DNA of 64,000 bases from IMG/VR virus record IMGVR_UViG_3300025679_000005. One strand, written 5' to 3'. Numbering within the stretch: position 1 is the first letter of the stretch; each line of letters starts with the position of its first letter. This DNA comes from a virus (taxonomy: Duplodnaviria; Caudoviricetes). The position numbers were made by a program, and so were the translations under genes. Positions 15,719 to 23,686 of the stretch are shown here, piece after piece. Under the pieces are notes generated by a model, which was not told the origin of the DNA, made no database searches, and worked only from the letters and a program-made list of their open reading frames with translations.

Positions 15719-15822
15719 CTAAGTTCGGGAACCTGGTAGGTAAGGGCAGCCCAAGAGGTTCGAGTCCTCAACCCGAGCTAGGCCAATACTGATGGTGATC
15801 AACGTTGGCGTTGGCTGATTTA

Positions 15823-15914
15823 TGCGTCGTGAGTGGAGCTGGTGACCCCATCTGTCTGACATGCAGGTCCCCTTCGAGGTAGTAGCAGAGTTCGATTCTC
15901 TGATGACGCACCCA
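15823..15914 (+). tRNA. non-canonical tRNA, GAC anticodon, 8-bp acceptor/5-bp T stem, long V region
   Basis: TGCGTCGT/ATGACGCA, loop CTGACAT, C73 then CCA. Confidence 0.55.
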
Positions 15915-15957
15915 TGTAGGACGTTTATAGTACATATGTGTTCTATAAACGACGTGA

Positions 15958-16110
15958 TCCCCATAGGCTGGAGGCGGGGCCATTACAGGCCGTGCCCTAG
16001 GCTCTGGAGTCGGAGAGTGAGGGGTTCCCTATGGGACTGTGAGGTACAGCCCAGAAAAAGAACCACTAGCAGCCAGAGCCGCACGGTTCTAGCTTAGCAG
16101 GCCCTAGGGC
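15958..16110 (+). ncRNA. candidate pseudoknotted RNA
   Basis: Crossing helices CCCATAGG/CCTATGGG, GGCTCTGG/CCAGAGCC, GCCCTAGG/CCTAGGGC. Confidence 0.45.
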
Positions 16111-16126
16111 CGAATCAAGATTACAT

Positions 16127-16200
16127 CGGCGATCAAACTCAAGGTGGGTTACCCCGTTCGGAACGGGGGCATTAGGCTGGTTCGATTCCAGCATCGCCGA
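16127..16200 (+). tRNA. tRNA-Pro(CGG)
   Basis: Loop TTCGGAA; C1:G72, A73. Confidence 0.85.
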
Positions 16201-16204
16201 CTAC

Positions 16205-16276
16205 CGGTACGTCATCTAATGGTTAGGATTGTTGTCTGATACACAGCACACGAAAGTTCGATTCTTTCCGTACCGA
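16205..16276 (+). tRNA. tRNA-Ile(GAT)
   Basis: Loop CTGATAC. Confidence 0.85.
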
Positions 16277-16282
16277 CTACAT

Positions 16283-16370
16283 GGAGAGTTAGCCTAATGG
16301 TAAGGCACTGTCTTGGAAAGGCAGCGTTGGCCCTTAAAAGCCATTGCAGGTTCAAGTCCTGTGCTCTCCG
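16283..16370 (+). tRNA. tRNA-Ser(GGA)
   Basis: Loop TTGGAAA, long V-arm, G73. Confidence 0.9.
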
Positions 16371-16396
16371 CTGCTGGTCTGTGCTACACTTCGTGA

Positions 16397-16666
16397 ATGC
16401 CCAGGAAGTTGCTAGTCGAGTTGAGAACGCTGTCTCTTTTCGTAACAGTTGACGACGTTCGGATAGGTGCTTTGGAGAAACTCGAAGTGAGGGCCACAGG
16501 AGACATTAGGGATGTCATTGCGACATTCCCTGCGATCAAATGCTCTGATGACACAGAGGCCCGCATAGTGGAGTACACGAAACTATTGGCTGAGGCCTGG
16601 GTCAGAGTATTCCGTGGCGGTAAGCAGATTGCTGGGCCTGCCGACACACTTCGTCTGGGCGCGTGA
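16397..16666 (+). CDS. hypothetical protein
   Basis: 89-aa ORF between tRNA-Ser and the coiled-coil gene. Confidence 0.55.
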   Translation: MPRKLLVELRTLSLFVTVDDVRIGALEKLEVRATGDIRDVIATFPAIKCSDDTEARIVEYTKLLAEAWVRVFRGGKQIAGPADTLRLGA

Positions 16667-16769
16667 CTAGGCGTAGCGACCTAGGTGGGGGTACCAAGGG
16701 CACTTCGGTGTATGAACGGCTTCACACTGTTGCCCGTCGTGAGCGGGACTAAATTGAAAAGAGAAGACA

Positions 16770-17504
16770 ATGGCGAAACTGAACCAAATTCTGGCGGTCG
16801 AGAAGCAGACCAAGACGAACACCAACGAGCAGATCACGGTCTTGTACCAGACCTTGCAGAAGGCTCCGCTCTTGGCGGGCATCTCCCGTACCTACAAGCC
16901 GGCCGAAGAAGAGGGCGAGCAGTTCCCGCCGGAGAACGTTCAGGTGCAGGTTCGAGTCGAGCAGACTCTCAAGGAAGTCGCCAAGCACATGATCCCGCTC
17001 TTTGACGTGACGATAGCTCGTGACACCGCCAACTGTTCGGCCAAGTCCGACGTGGTCGTGGACGGTAAGGTCATCCTCAAGGATGTTCCGGCAACGTACT
17101 TGCTTTGGCTGGAGAAGCAGCTGACCGACATCCACACGTACATCGTGAAGGTCCCGACCTTGTCCCAAGACGAGACCTGGACTCTTGACACCAACCAGAA
17201 CTGTTACCGTACTGGCGTTGTCGGCACGGCGAAGACGAAGAAGATCCCGCGTGCCTTCGTCAAGGCTGAAGCCACCAAGGAGCACGCAGCTCAGGTGGAT
17301 GTGGTCCATGAGGACAAGGTAGCCGGCTACTGGTCGACCACCAAGTACTCGGGCGCCATTCCCCGCAACCGTGCTCAAGAACTTCGTGACCGAGTGGAGA
17401 AGCTCATGGCTGCAACGAAGGTTGCCCGTGAGCACGCCAATCTCGTGGAGGTGCCCAAGGTAGCAGCCGGCGAAGCCGTGTTCGACTACCTGTTCGCCAC
17501 CTGA
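16770..17504 (+). CDS. conserved coiled-coil protein (MAKLNQILAVEK...) followed by a large structured RNA
   Basis: 244 aa, GAGAAG RBS, highly biased codon use (C/G third positions) suggesting high expression. Confidence 0.85.
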   Translation: MAKLNQILAVEKQTKTNTNEQITVLYQTLQKAPLLAGISRTYKPAEEEGEQFPPENVQVQVRVEQTLKEVAKHMIPLFDVTIARDTANCSAKSDVVVDGKVILKDVPATYLLWLEKQLTDIHTYIVKVPTLSQDETWTLDTNQNCYRTGVVGTAKTKKIPRAFVKAEATKEHAAQVDVVHEDKVAGYWSTTKYSGAIPRNRAQELRDRVEKLMAATKVAREHANLVEVPKVAAGEAVFDYLFAT

Positions 17505-17505
17505 A

Positions 17506-17891
17506 AAGACTACCCCAAGCTGAATCTAAGACTCCTTTTGAAATGTACTACGATGTGGGCGAGAGCCCTGTGCAGGTTCGATTCCTGCCCTCCCAGCCAA
17601 TGTTCGTCAGTTCGCTAACGAGCATTACTGGGAGGTGGCCCAATATGGCAAGAGGCGCATCACCGGTATCTGTCAAGTTTAGGTTTGGGTTCAAGCTGAG
17701 TTACAGTGCTGCGTTCCACCTCTCAAATGGTCATCGGCAATCCTCCGTAAATGTTGGTTCGATTCCGACCTTCCCAGCCATGCTCGTCAGAGCACTAACG
17801 GTCATGGCTGGGAAGTTAGCTAACGGCAAGCTGTGCGGGCTTTAGAGCTGATCGATGATCTTAAACGCCGTGGTGGATTCTAAGCAGTCTT
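17506..17891 (+). ncRNA. about 390-nt RNA with two tandem permuted tRNA-like (T arm / closed acceptor / D arm) modules
   Basis: T-arms at 17572 and 17753, each followed by a long closed stem and a D-loop-like hairpin; ends pair AAGACT/AGTCTT. Confidence 0.65.
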
Positions 17892-17900
17892 AAACAATCC

Positions 17901-17929
17901 GTCCGGGGAGCCGGCTACGCTCCTCGGAC
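17901..17929 (+). other. GC-rich hairpin closing the RNA locus
   Basis: GTCCGGGGAGC..GCTCCTCGGAC. Confidence 0.5.
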
Positions 17930-17992
17930 ACCTAATGGAAGAAGTCGTCTGGGACTTTTTGAGGGTTCGAACCCCTCGTCTTCCTCTTCGTT

Positions 17993-18083
17993 GGATAGGT
18001 GGCTGAGCGGCTTAAAGCACCAGGTTGCTAACTTGACGTGGGACTTAAAAACACCACCGTGGGTTCAAATCCCACCCTATCCG
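17993..18083 (+). tRNA. tRNA-Ser(GCT)
   Basis: Loop TTGCTAA, long V-arm. Confidence 0.88.
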
Positions 18084-18128
18084 CTGTGATACTGGGCTCA
18101 TCCCCTGTTCGCCCACGACAAGACAAAT

Positions 18129-18200
18129 GCTTCTGTATCCTAGTGGAACAGGTAATTCTCTCCGAAAGAATTTACGCAGGTTCGACTCCTGCCAGAAGCG
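18129..18200 (+). tRNA. tRNA-Arg(CCG)
   Basis: Loop CTCCGAA. Confidence 0.82.
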
Positions 18201-18241
18201 CTGCGGGTGTGGCCATAGTTTTCTGTGATACACTATGTGCC

Positions 18242-18727
18242 ATGGACCATGCAGAGAAGTTACGTCGTAACGGGATTCGCCAGCGTGAGAAGAAGAACCG
18301 AAATCGATCGGAGATCTTAAGGCTGCTAGGGGATGCATGTAAAAAGTGCGGCTTCACCGATTCAAGAGCCATTCACATAGACCACGTGAATGGCGGCGGA
18401 GGTATTGATCGGAAAAGCTCAGGTAGTGGATTCCGCTACTACCAACGAGTGTTGAAGTTGATTCTGACTGGCAGTACCGATTATCAGCTGCTGTGTGCTA
18501 ATTGTAACGCCATAAAACTGGCGGACCATGAACGGAGGAAACCTAAGCATGTGGGAGAAATACCCGAAATACCAAAGCTTAGACCATGCGGAACCCATTC
18601 AGCATATCATCGAGGATGTCGATGTGAATTATGCTGCGAAGCCCATCGTGTGTACTGTAGAGAGAAGATGCGAAAACAGAGATTGAGGCGAGGACAAAAA
18701 CCGCGCACCCTCAGGACTCTTAGCTAA
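18242..18727 (+). CDS. HNH endonuclease
   Basis: CKKCGFTDSRAIHIDHVNGGG..YQLLCANCNAIK; the track ORF start at 18038 runs through tRNAs and is too long. Confidence 0.82.
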   Translation: MDHAEKLRRNGIRQREKKNRNRSEILRLLGDACKKCGFTDSRAIHIDHVNGGGGIDRKSSGSGFRYYQRVLKLILTGSTDYQLLCANCNAIKLADHERRKPKHVGEIPEIPKLRPCGTHSAYHRGCRCELCCEAHRVYCREKMRKQRLRRGQKPRTLRTLS

Positions 18728-18734
18728 CAAAAAC

Positions 18735-18803
18735 GGTAACATTCCTAGGAGGAGAGCTGGTTTCATACGCCAAGCTACTATGGTTCGAGTCCATTTGTTA
18801 CCA
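18735..18803 (+). tRNA. tRNA-Met/Ile2(CAT)
   Basis: Loop TTCATAC; short D-arm. Confidence 0.7.
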
Positions 18804-18804
18804 C

Positions 18805-18881
18805 TCCGGAATCGTCTACTGGCCAGGATAACCACGCTTTGAACGTGGGAGAGTAGCGTTCGAGTCGCTAGTCCGGAACCA
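18805..18881 (+). tRNA. tRNA-Gln(TTG)
   Basis: Loop CTTTGAA; CCA. Confidence 0.85.
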
Positions 18882-18902
18882 ATCGGTGTAGACCATAGGG
18901 TC

Positions 18903-19073
18903 ATGAAAGACGCCCAAGGCCACGACTGGCAGGTGGACCAGACTGATCACCCCTTCCTAACAGGATGGAAGTGCCAGAACTGTGCCCGTAAGACTTTCAC
19001 CCACGATGGCTGGATTCCGGCCGATGAACCTAAATCACCAGAGCCCTGTGTCCCTGGTGTCTTAAACCCTTAA
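18903..19073 (+). CDS. small CxxC protein (56 aa)
   Basis: MKDAQGHDW..WKCQNCARK; GGTGTA motif 13 nt upstream; below the track length cutoff. Confidence 0.5.
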   Translation: MKDAQGHDWQVDQTDHPFLTGWKCQNCARKTFTHDGWIPADEPKSPEPCVPGVLNP

Positions 19074-19302
19074 GTGGTCGCAACTCGTGCCGTATAGGAC
19101 GGTGCAATCAAGCGAGCACAGAAGTCCTTTTGGCTAAGAGCGCCGTAATGAAGGAACTACACTCCAGACCAGGGGCTAAGGAAAAACGGGGCGCTGCCAT
19201 CTCCCGTGTCCACAATACCCTAGACGGTAGGCGCAAACTGGCCAATCGCAGACGTAAGGGTGAGAGTGTAGAAACGTGGAAGAAGCGTATAGGACAAGTA
19301 CC

Positions 19303-20262
19303 ATGACCTGGAGAGACCTACTTCAAACGGCTGAGGAAACCATCGTGTTGCCTTGGACGGGTGGTCGGACTCTCCGGGGGTACGACCGGGTTTGGACCAT
19401 TGAGGGCCGAACTCCGAACGAGATGGGTTGGTACCGTTTCCGACTGAACGGCCGTAAGGCCAAGGTCGACGGTACCTCCCTGTCTGATACTGACCGTGTG
19501 GGCTGGATAGTCCGAGGGTACCTTGTGGGCGATCGAATCGTCCCTGATGGTGTCCGGATGGACCCAGACCCTCTCAAGATCATTCCGTCCTCGGAGAGGG
19601 TGTACCTCATTGAGGACGGGTTAGACCGATTCGTTAGGATCTCAGCGGGGCGTATTTACGAGGGCGGGCCTCTCGTGTACGTTCAGCAGGAGATGCCTTT
19701 GGGCTCTGAGGACGAAGTGTTGTCAGCGTTCCTTGACCAGAAGCCTTCCGTGGATGCCGTTTCCGGCGTCACACCGGCCCTTGACGCTGCGTTTCGCATG
19801 GAGACGTGGCAACGAGTCGAGGCCGAGCGGAGGCGTCTGGAAGAGGCAGCTAGGCGGCAGGCAGAAGAAGAGCAGCGGCAGCGCGAGGAAAACCGCCGCC
19901 GGCTCGTTGAGCAACTTGGTGATGGGGCCGGCCGAAGGGCCATGGCCCGCGTAGACTTTAGTCAGGCAGCCCGGGCGGCCCTGGCGGTAGGTGGCGCTGA
20001 GTTTCTTGACAATCGTCGAGCGGTTCAACGGGGTGAGATGGTGGTTCGGTTCCGATTGATCAACCGTCGGTTCGAGTGTACTTGCGACGAGAACACTCTG
20101 AGGATCATCGACTCTGGTATTTGCCTCACCCAGGAATATGATGACGGGGACTTTGAAAGAGGCACCAAAGGAGACACATGGCTCTCTTTGGAGTCTCTCC
20201 CCGGTGTAATCATGGAAGCGGATCGAGAAGGAAAGCTGGTGGTTTTCAGACATGTCGATTGA
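19303..20262 (+). CDS. putative E2/UBC-like conjugating protein with N-terminal domain and central coiled coil
   Basis: C-terminal RIIDSGICLT...DTWLSLESLPGVIMEA resembles the UBC active-site GxICL..W..L..(L/I) pattern; first gene of the JAB/Ubl/ThiF cluster. Confidence 0.55.
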   Translation: MTWRDLLQTAEETIVLPWTGGRTLRGYDRVWTIEGRTPNEMGWYRFRLNGRKAKVDGTSLSDTDRVGWIVRGYLVGDRIVPDGVRMDPDPLKIIPSSERVYLIEDGLDRFVRISAGRIYEGGPLVYVQQEMPLGSEDEVLSAFLDQKPSVDAVSGVTPALDAAFRMETWQRVEAERRRLEEAARRQAEEEQRQREENRRRLVEQLGDGAGRRAMARVDFSQAARAALAVGGAEFLDNRRAVQRGEMVVRFRLINRRFECTCDENTLRIIDSGICLTQEYDDGDFERGTKGDTWLSLESLPGVIMEADREGKLVVFRHVD

Positions 20263-21049
20263 CAGAAAGGCTATTGCCAGAAATAGGAAGTCAAGCCGAA
20301 TGATCACAGCTTTTGACAGAACCCAATGTCTTTCTGCTTGGGCGGAGGAGGGTGGTATTGGGTATGCCACTATCCGTATGAGGCTCTCCGCCGGCTGGGC
20401 TCCAGAAGTGGCAGTAACACTCCCACCAGGGGCCCACCGTGTTCAGCGGACTACTGAAGGGTACTCCGGTTTTTCTCAATTGAAGGAAGTTCTGACACAG
20501 TACCGTTCGACAGAGATGGTGCCGGTGATCTGCACTAGATGTGCCGCCCAGTTCTTTAGGACGAAGGAGGAACTGGCAAAAGCTCACAAGAACCGACATG
20601 GGATATTTTGCTCCTCTTTTTGTGGGGCGAAGTATCCGTCAGAAAAGAATATTTTAGAGGTAGATGGCATTAAGGGCAAGATCTGTAGAGCTTGCAATAC
20701 CTGGAAGGTTCTGCCTAAAATAGGTAACAAAAGGGTATGTGACACATGCCTAAATACAAGACCTAGATCCAGATATACCGACTACAAGAGACATTCTAAG
20801 TACGGCTTCGCCTTAACATTTGATGAGTTCAATAGCCTCATATTCCAGGCTTGCTGGTATTGTGGAACTCGCGCAGGCATTGACGGTAACGGTATTGACC
20901 GTATCGATAGCCTGAAAGGGTACTCCACAGATAATTGTCTACCTTGTTGCAAGGGATGCAATAGGTCGAAAAGTAACCATTCTCAGCAAGAGTTCTTGGA
21001 ACGGTGCCATAGAATAGCGCAGAGGCATCCAATGGAGAGTACATGTTAG
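20252..21049 (+). CDS. HNH-like endonuclease inserted in the Ubl operon
   Basis: CWYCG..NGIDRIDSLKGYSTDNCLPCCKGCNRSK. Confidence 0.82.
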   Translation: MSIDRKAIARNRKSSRMITAFDRTQCLSAWAEEGGIGYATIRMRLSAGWAPEVAVTLPPGAHRVQRTTEGYSGFSQLKEVLTQYRSTEMVPVICTRCAAQFFRTKEELAKAHKNRHGIFCSSFCGAKYPSEKNILEVDGIKGKICRACNTWKVLPKIGNKRVCDTCLNTRPRSRYTDYKRHSKYGFALTFDEFNSLIFQACWYCGTRAGIDGNGIDRIDSLKGYSTDNCLPCCKGCNRSKSNHSQQEFLERCHRIAQRHPMESTC

Positions 21050-21444
21050 AGACAGGTGTTTTAGTTGGAACTAGTGGTCAAATTTTAGCTTGGCACCTTC
21101 CTCCGGGGCGTACTAGTGGGTACCTTCCCGATAGCCGTAATCTGTGGGAAATTCTGTGGGAGCACCGAAAGGGGCTCTACGGGTTTGCTCACAGCCACCC
21201 CGGCTCCGGGCCCGTCGCCCCCTCGAATGAGGACCTGACGACGTTCTCGGCTGTTGACAGGGCTTTGGGTCAGCGGCTGGTCTGGCCGATTTCTTCAGAA
21301 GATCACGTGGCCTTCTTTACTTGGAAGGGGCCTGGGCCGTATGACTACGCACACGCTGGACAGTTCAATGCGGATGACGCACCGGACTGGATGCCAGCTG
21401 AATGGCTCCTGAAATTGCGGGAGCTTTCTAACTACAACAAATGA
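21043..21444 (+). CDS. JAB/MPN+ (JAMM) metallopeptidase
   Basis: N-terminal E; AHSHPGSGPVAPSNEDL = HxH-x7-S-x2-D. Confidence 0.85.
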   Translation: MLETGVLVGTSGQILAWHLPPGRTSGYLPDSRNLWEILWEHRKGLYGFAHSHPGSGPVAPSNEDLTTFSAVDRALGQRLVWPISSEDHVAFFTWKGPGPYDYAHAGQFNADDAPDWMPAEWLLKLRELSNYNK

Positions 21445-21454
21445 CGGAGAAAAC

Positions 21455-21715
21455 ATGGACATTGAGACATTTCAAGCACGGGTGAACATCACCTACAACG
21501 GATCCAACGGGGATCTCCCGGATCCAGTCACCTTCGACTCGACGGATGCAGCCATCCGCGGGTTCATCACGGAAGCTGTGCGTGCAGGCAGCGTTCCTGG
21601 TATAGCGGCCGATCCGAACGCAGACTTCACGGACTTCGTGATCGATCGGTTCACAGCGAATGAGGTAACGCCCTTTAATCGCCTGATGGCCCGGCCCAAG
21701 ACTCCCTTCGGCTGA
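21455..21715 (+). CDS. ubiquitin-like (beta-grasp) protein
   Basis: 86 aa, GGAG RBS, ends RPKTPFG (free C-terminal Gly), lies between JAB and ThiF. Confidence 0.7.
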   Translation: MDIETFQARVNITYNGSNGDLPDPVTFDSTDAAIRGFITEAVRAGSVPGIAADPNADFTDFVIDRFTANEVTPFNRLMARPKTPFG

Positions 21716-21753
21716 GCCCTTACCTCTTCTGAAACCCGACCGTATAGAGCAAC

Positions 21754-22326
21754 ATGAAACGAATCACTGTCGTAGGCGTCGGAGCCTTAGGTTCCCACGT
21801 CGTCATGTTGCTCCGTAATGTCGGGGCAGACCTTCGAGTCATCGACTTCGATCGGGTCGAGCAGAAGAACGTTCTGTCTCAGTTTCACGGGAAGACTCAG
21901 GTGGGCAAGAACAAGTGCCAATCCCTGGCTCAGACCATGAACTTCCTGTTCGGGACGAAGATGATCATGTTCCCTCATAGGCTCACCTCGGAGAACGACA
22001 CTCAGCTATTGGGCGGCTCCGACCTCCTCATCGACTGCTTGGACAACGGGACAGCGAGGAAGGTGGTTCAGGACTTCGCTCGCAAGACCAAGACCCCGTG
22101 CTTGCATGGAGCTTTGGCTGCGAACGGAGGCTTCGGTCGAGTCGTCTGGGATGCCAAATTCGAGATTGATGAGGCCTCGGGAGGAGCCGCCACCTGCGAA
22201 GACGGCGCTCATCTGCCGTTCATTTCGATCACGGCTAGCTACTTGGCCAAGGCCGCCCAGGACTTCCTGGTCCACGGCAAGACCACGGGCTACCAAATTC
22301 ACCCGCAGGGAGTGTTCGCCGTCTGA
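21754..22326 (+). CDS. ThiF/E1-like adenylyltransferase
   Basis: VVGVGALGS, IDFDRVEQKNVLSQ, GKNK, IDCLDN; candidate catalytic Cys in ATCED. Confidence 0.9.
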   Translation: MKRITVVGVGALGSHVVMLLRNVGADLRVIDFDRVEQKNVLSQFHGKTQVGKNKCQSLAQTMNFLFGTKMIMFPHRLTSENDTQLLGGSDLLIDCLDNGTARKVVQDFARKTKTPCLHGALAANGGFGRVVWDAKFEIDEASGGAATCEDGAHLPFISITASYLAKAAQDFLVHGKTTGYQIHPQGVFAV

Positions 22327-22383
22327 CTGGCTCGTCAAAGTAGGTACCGATAGTTTACAATCTACTTGTAAACTACTCTAGAC

Positions 22384-23088
22384 ATGGAAGAGACGCGAAT
22401 TTGCAAGAAGTGTGGCAAAGACAAGCTGATTACGAAGTTTCAGCTCGCACGAAGCGGGAAAAGTCGCGGTCGTACCTGTATGGCCTGCATCCACAAGGAT
22501 TGGTATCATAGCAAAGGTAAAGCCAGAAGCGCTGAGCGGCTGGCTAAGCAGGATGCTACAGAGCCTCTACGCACTTGCAACACCTGCGGCCTCGAAAAGA
22601 ATATCGTCAACTTCGGTGAGGTAGGCGGTGGATATCGGCGGAGAACGTGCAAGTTATGTTGCTCCAGAGCAGATGAGACGACGTTCAAATTAAATGGAGA
22701 TGTGCTCTTACGGAAAGGCACTAGGAGTGCTCAAGAAAAAGTAAGAAGAGTATGCGACATCCCTAAGACAATATATACGGATTGCCGTGGGTCAGACCGT
22801 AAGAAAGGATTCCCAGACTCAGACTTGACAGTGGAGATCATCGCCAAGTTGTTATACGGGGGTTGTCGTTATTGCGGGGAGACCGATCTCCGGATGACTT
22901 TGGATCGAATAGACACTAGCCAAGGTCATAGTGTAGCGAATGTCGTGCCAGCCTGCCTTCGATGCAACTATCATAGAGGTTCCATGCCTTACGAGGCTTG
23001 GCTGCATATTGCTCCGGCTGTCAGGTCGGCTCGCGAGCTGGGATTGTTCGGTACCTGGAGGTCCAAACCTTTTAACAAAAAGTCTTGA
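22384..23088 (+). CDS. HNH-like endonuclease, family B
   Basis: GCRYCGETDLRMTLDRIDTSQGHSVANVVPACLRCNYHRGSMPY. Confidence 0.8.
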   Translation: MEETRICKKCGKDKLITKFQLARSGKSRGRTCMACIHKDWYHSKGKARSAERLAKQDATEPLRTCNTCGLEKNIVNFGEVGGGYRRRTCKLCCSRADETTFKLNGDVLLRKGTRSAQEKVRRVCDIPKTIYTDCRGSDRKKGFPDSDLTVEIIAKLLYGGCRYCGETDLRMTLDRIDTSQGHSVANVVPACLRCNYHRGSMPYEAWLHIAPAVRSARELGLFGTWRSKPFNKKS

Positions 23089-23130
23089 CGCCACCTACCT
23101 TGCCGGTGTACATACTTCAAGTCACGTTTC

Positions 23131-23261
23131 GCCCGGTCACTGAGGGTAGGGTTCCCTCGCCAAATTTTGGTTTTGGAAAAACAACCGCTCTGTCGCCTCG
23201 TCCCAGTAATGGGACACCAGACAGTGCTTACAAGCTGAGAGTTCGATTCTCTCACCGGGCA
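23131..23261 (+). ncRNA. tRNA-like RNA: acceptor + T arm enclosing about 100 nt in place of the D and anticodon arms
   Basis: GCCCGGT/ACCGGGC; GAGAG-TTCGATT-CTCTC. Confidence 0.5.
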
Positions 23262-23265
23262 CTCT

Positions 23266-23408
23266 GTTACGGTCACCAGCTCTAACCCTACAAGCAATAT
23301 ACACGGGTTCGATTCCCGTTGTCCCCTTCGGGGGATATCGTCTAGTGGTTAGGACATTTTCTATTCAAGAAAAACAACGCAAACCTGGTTAGAGCACTCG
23401 ACCGTAAC
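23266..23408 (+). ncRNA. circularly permuted tRNA(Glu)-like RNA (Y RNA/YrlA-like mimic)
   Basis: Two 9-bp outer helices; T-arm; acceptor closed by UUCG; Glu-type D-arm; anticodon loop TATTCAA. Confidence 0.72.
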
Positions 23409-23418
23409 TGAAATCTTA

Positions 23419-23450
23419 GAAAGCCTCCTTTCGGGGGCTTTCTGCTTTTG
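23419..23450 (+). terminator. intrinsic terminator
   Basis: AGAAAGCCTCC-TTTC-GGGGGCTTTCT followed by GCTTTT. Confidence 0.7.
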
Positions 23451-23466
23451 TGGTGTAGGTGGTAAT

Positions 23467-23686
23467 ATGGCGTACACTATCCAAGATCTGTTCGACGACC
23501 CCAGCCTGTGGGAAGGGATGCGGATGCGGAACGTCCCCCAGAACTGCGCTGAGTGTTCCCAGCCCATCCAAGGCAGCTCCTTTCCGGCCCCGAACGATGG
23601 GAAGGTCTGGGAAGGTCTGTGAAGACTGTTATTATCTCCTTCTTGGCAACGAGATAGAGAAGCACCCGTTAGGCAGGACCCCATGA
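23467..23686 (+). pseudogene. CxxC..CxxC Zn-finger gene frameshifted by a 10-bp tandem duplication
   Basis: GGGAAGGTCT at 23599-23608 and 23609-23618; removing one copy joins CAEC and VCEDC into one 69-aa ORF. Confidence 0.65.
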
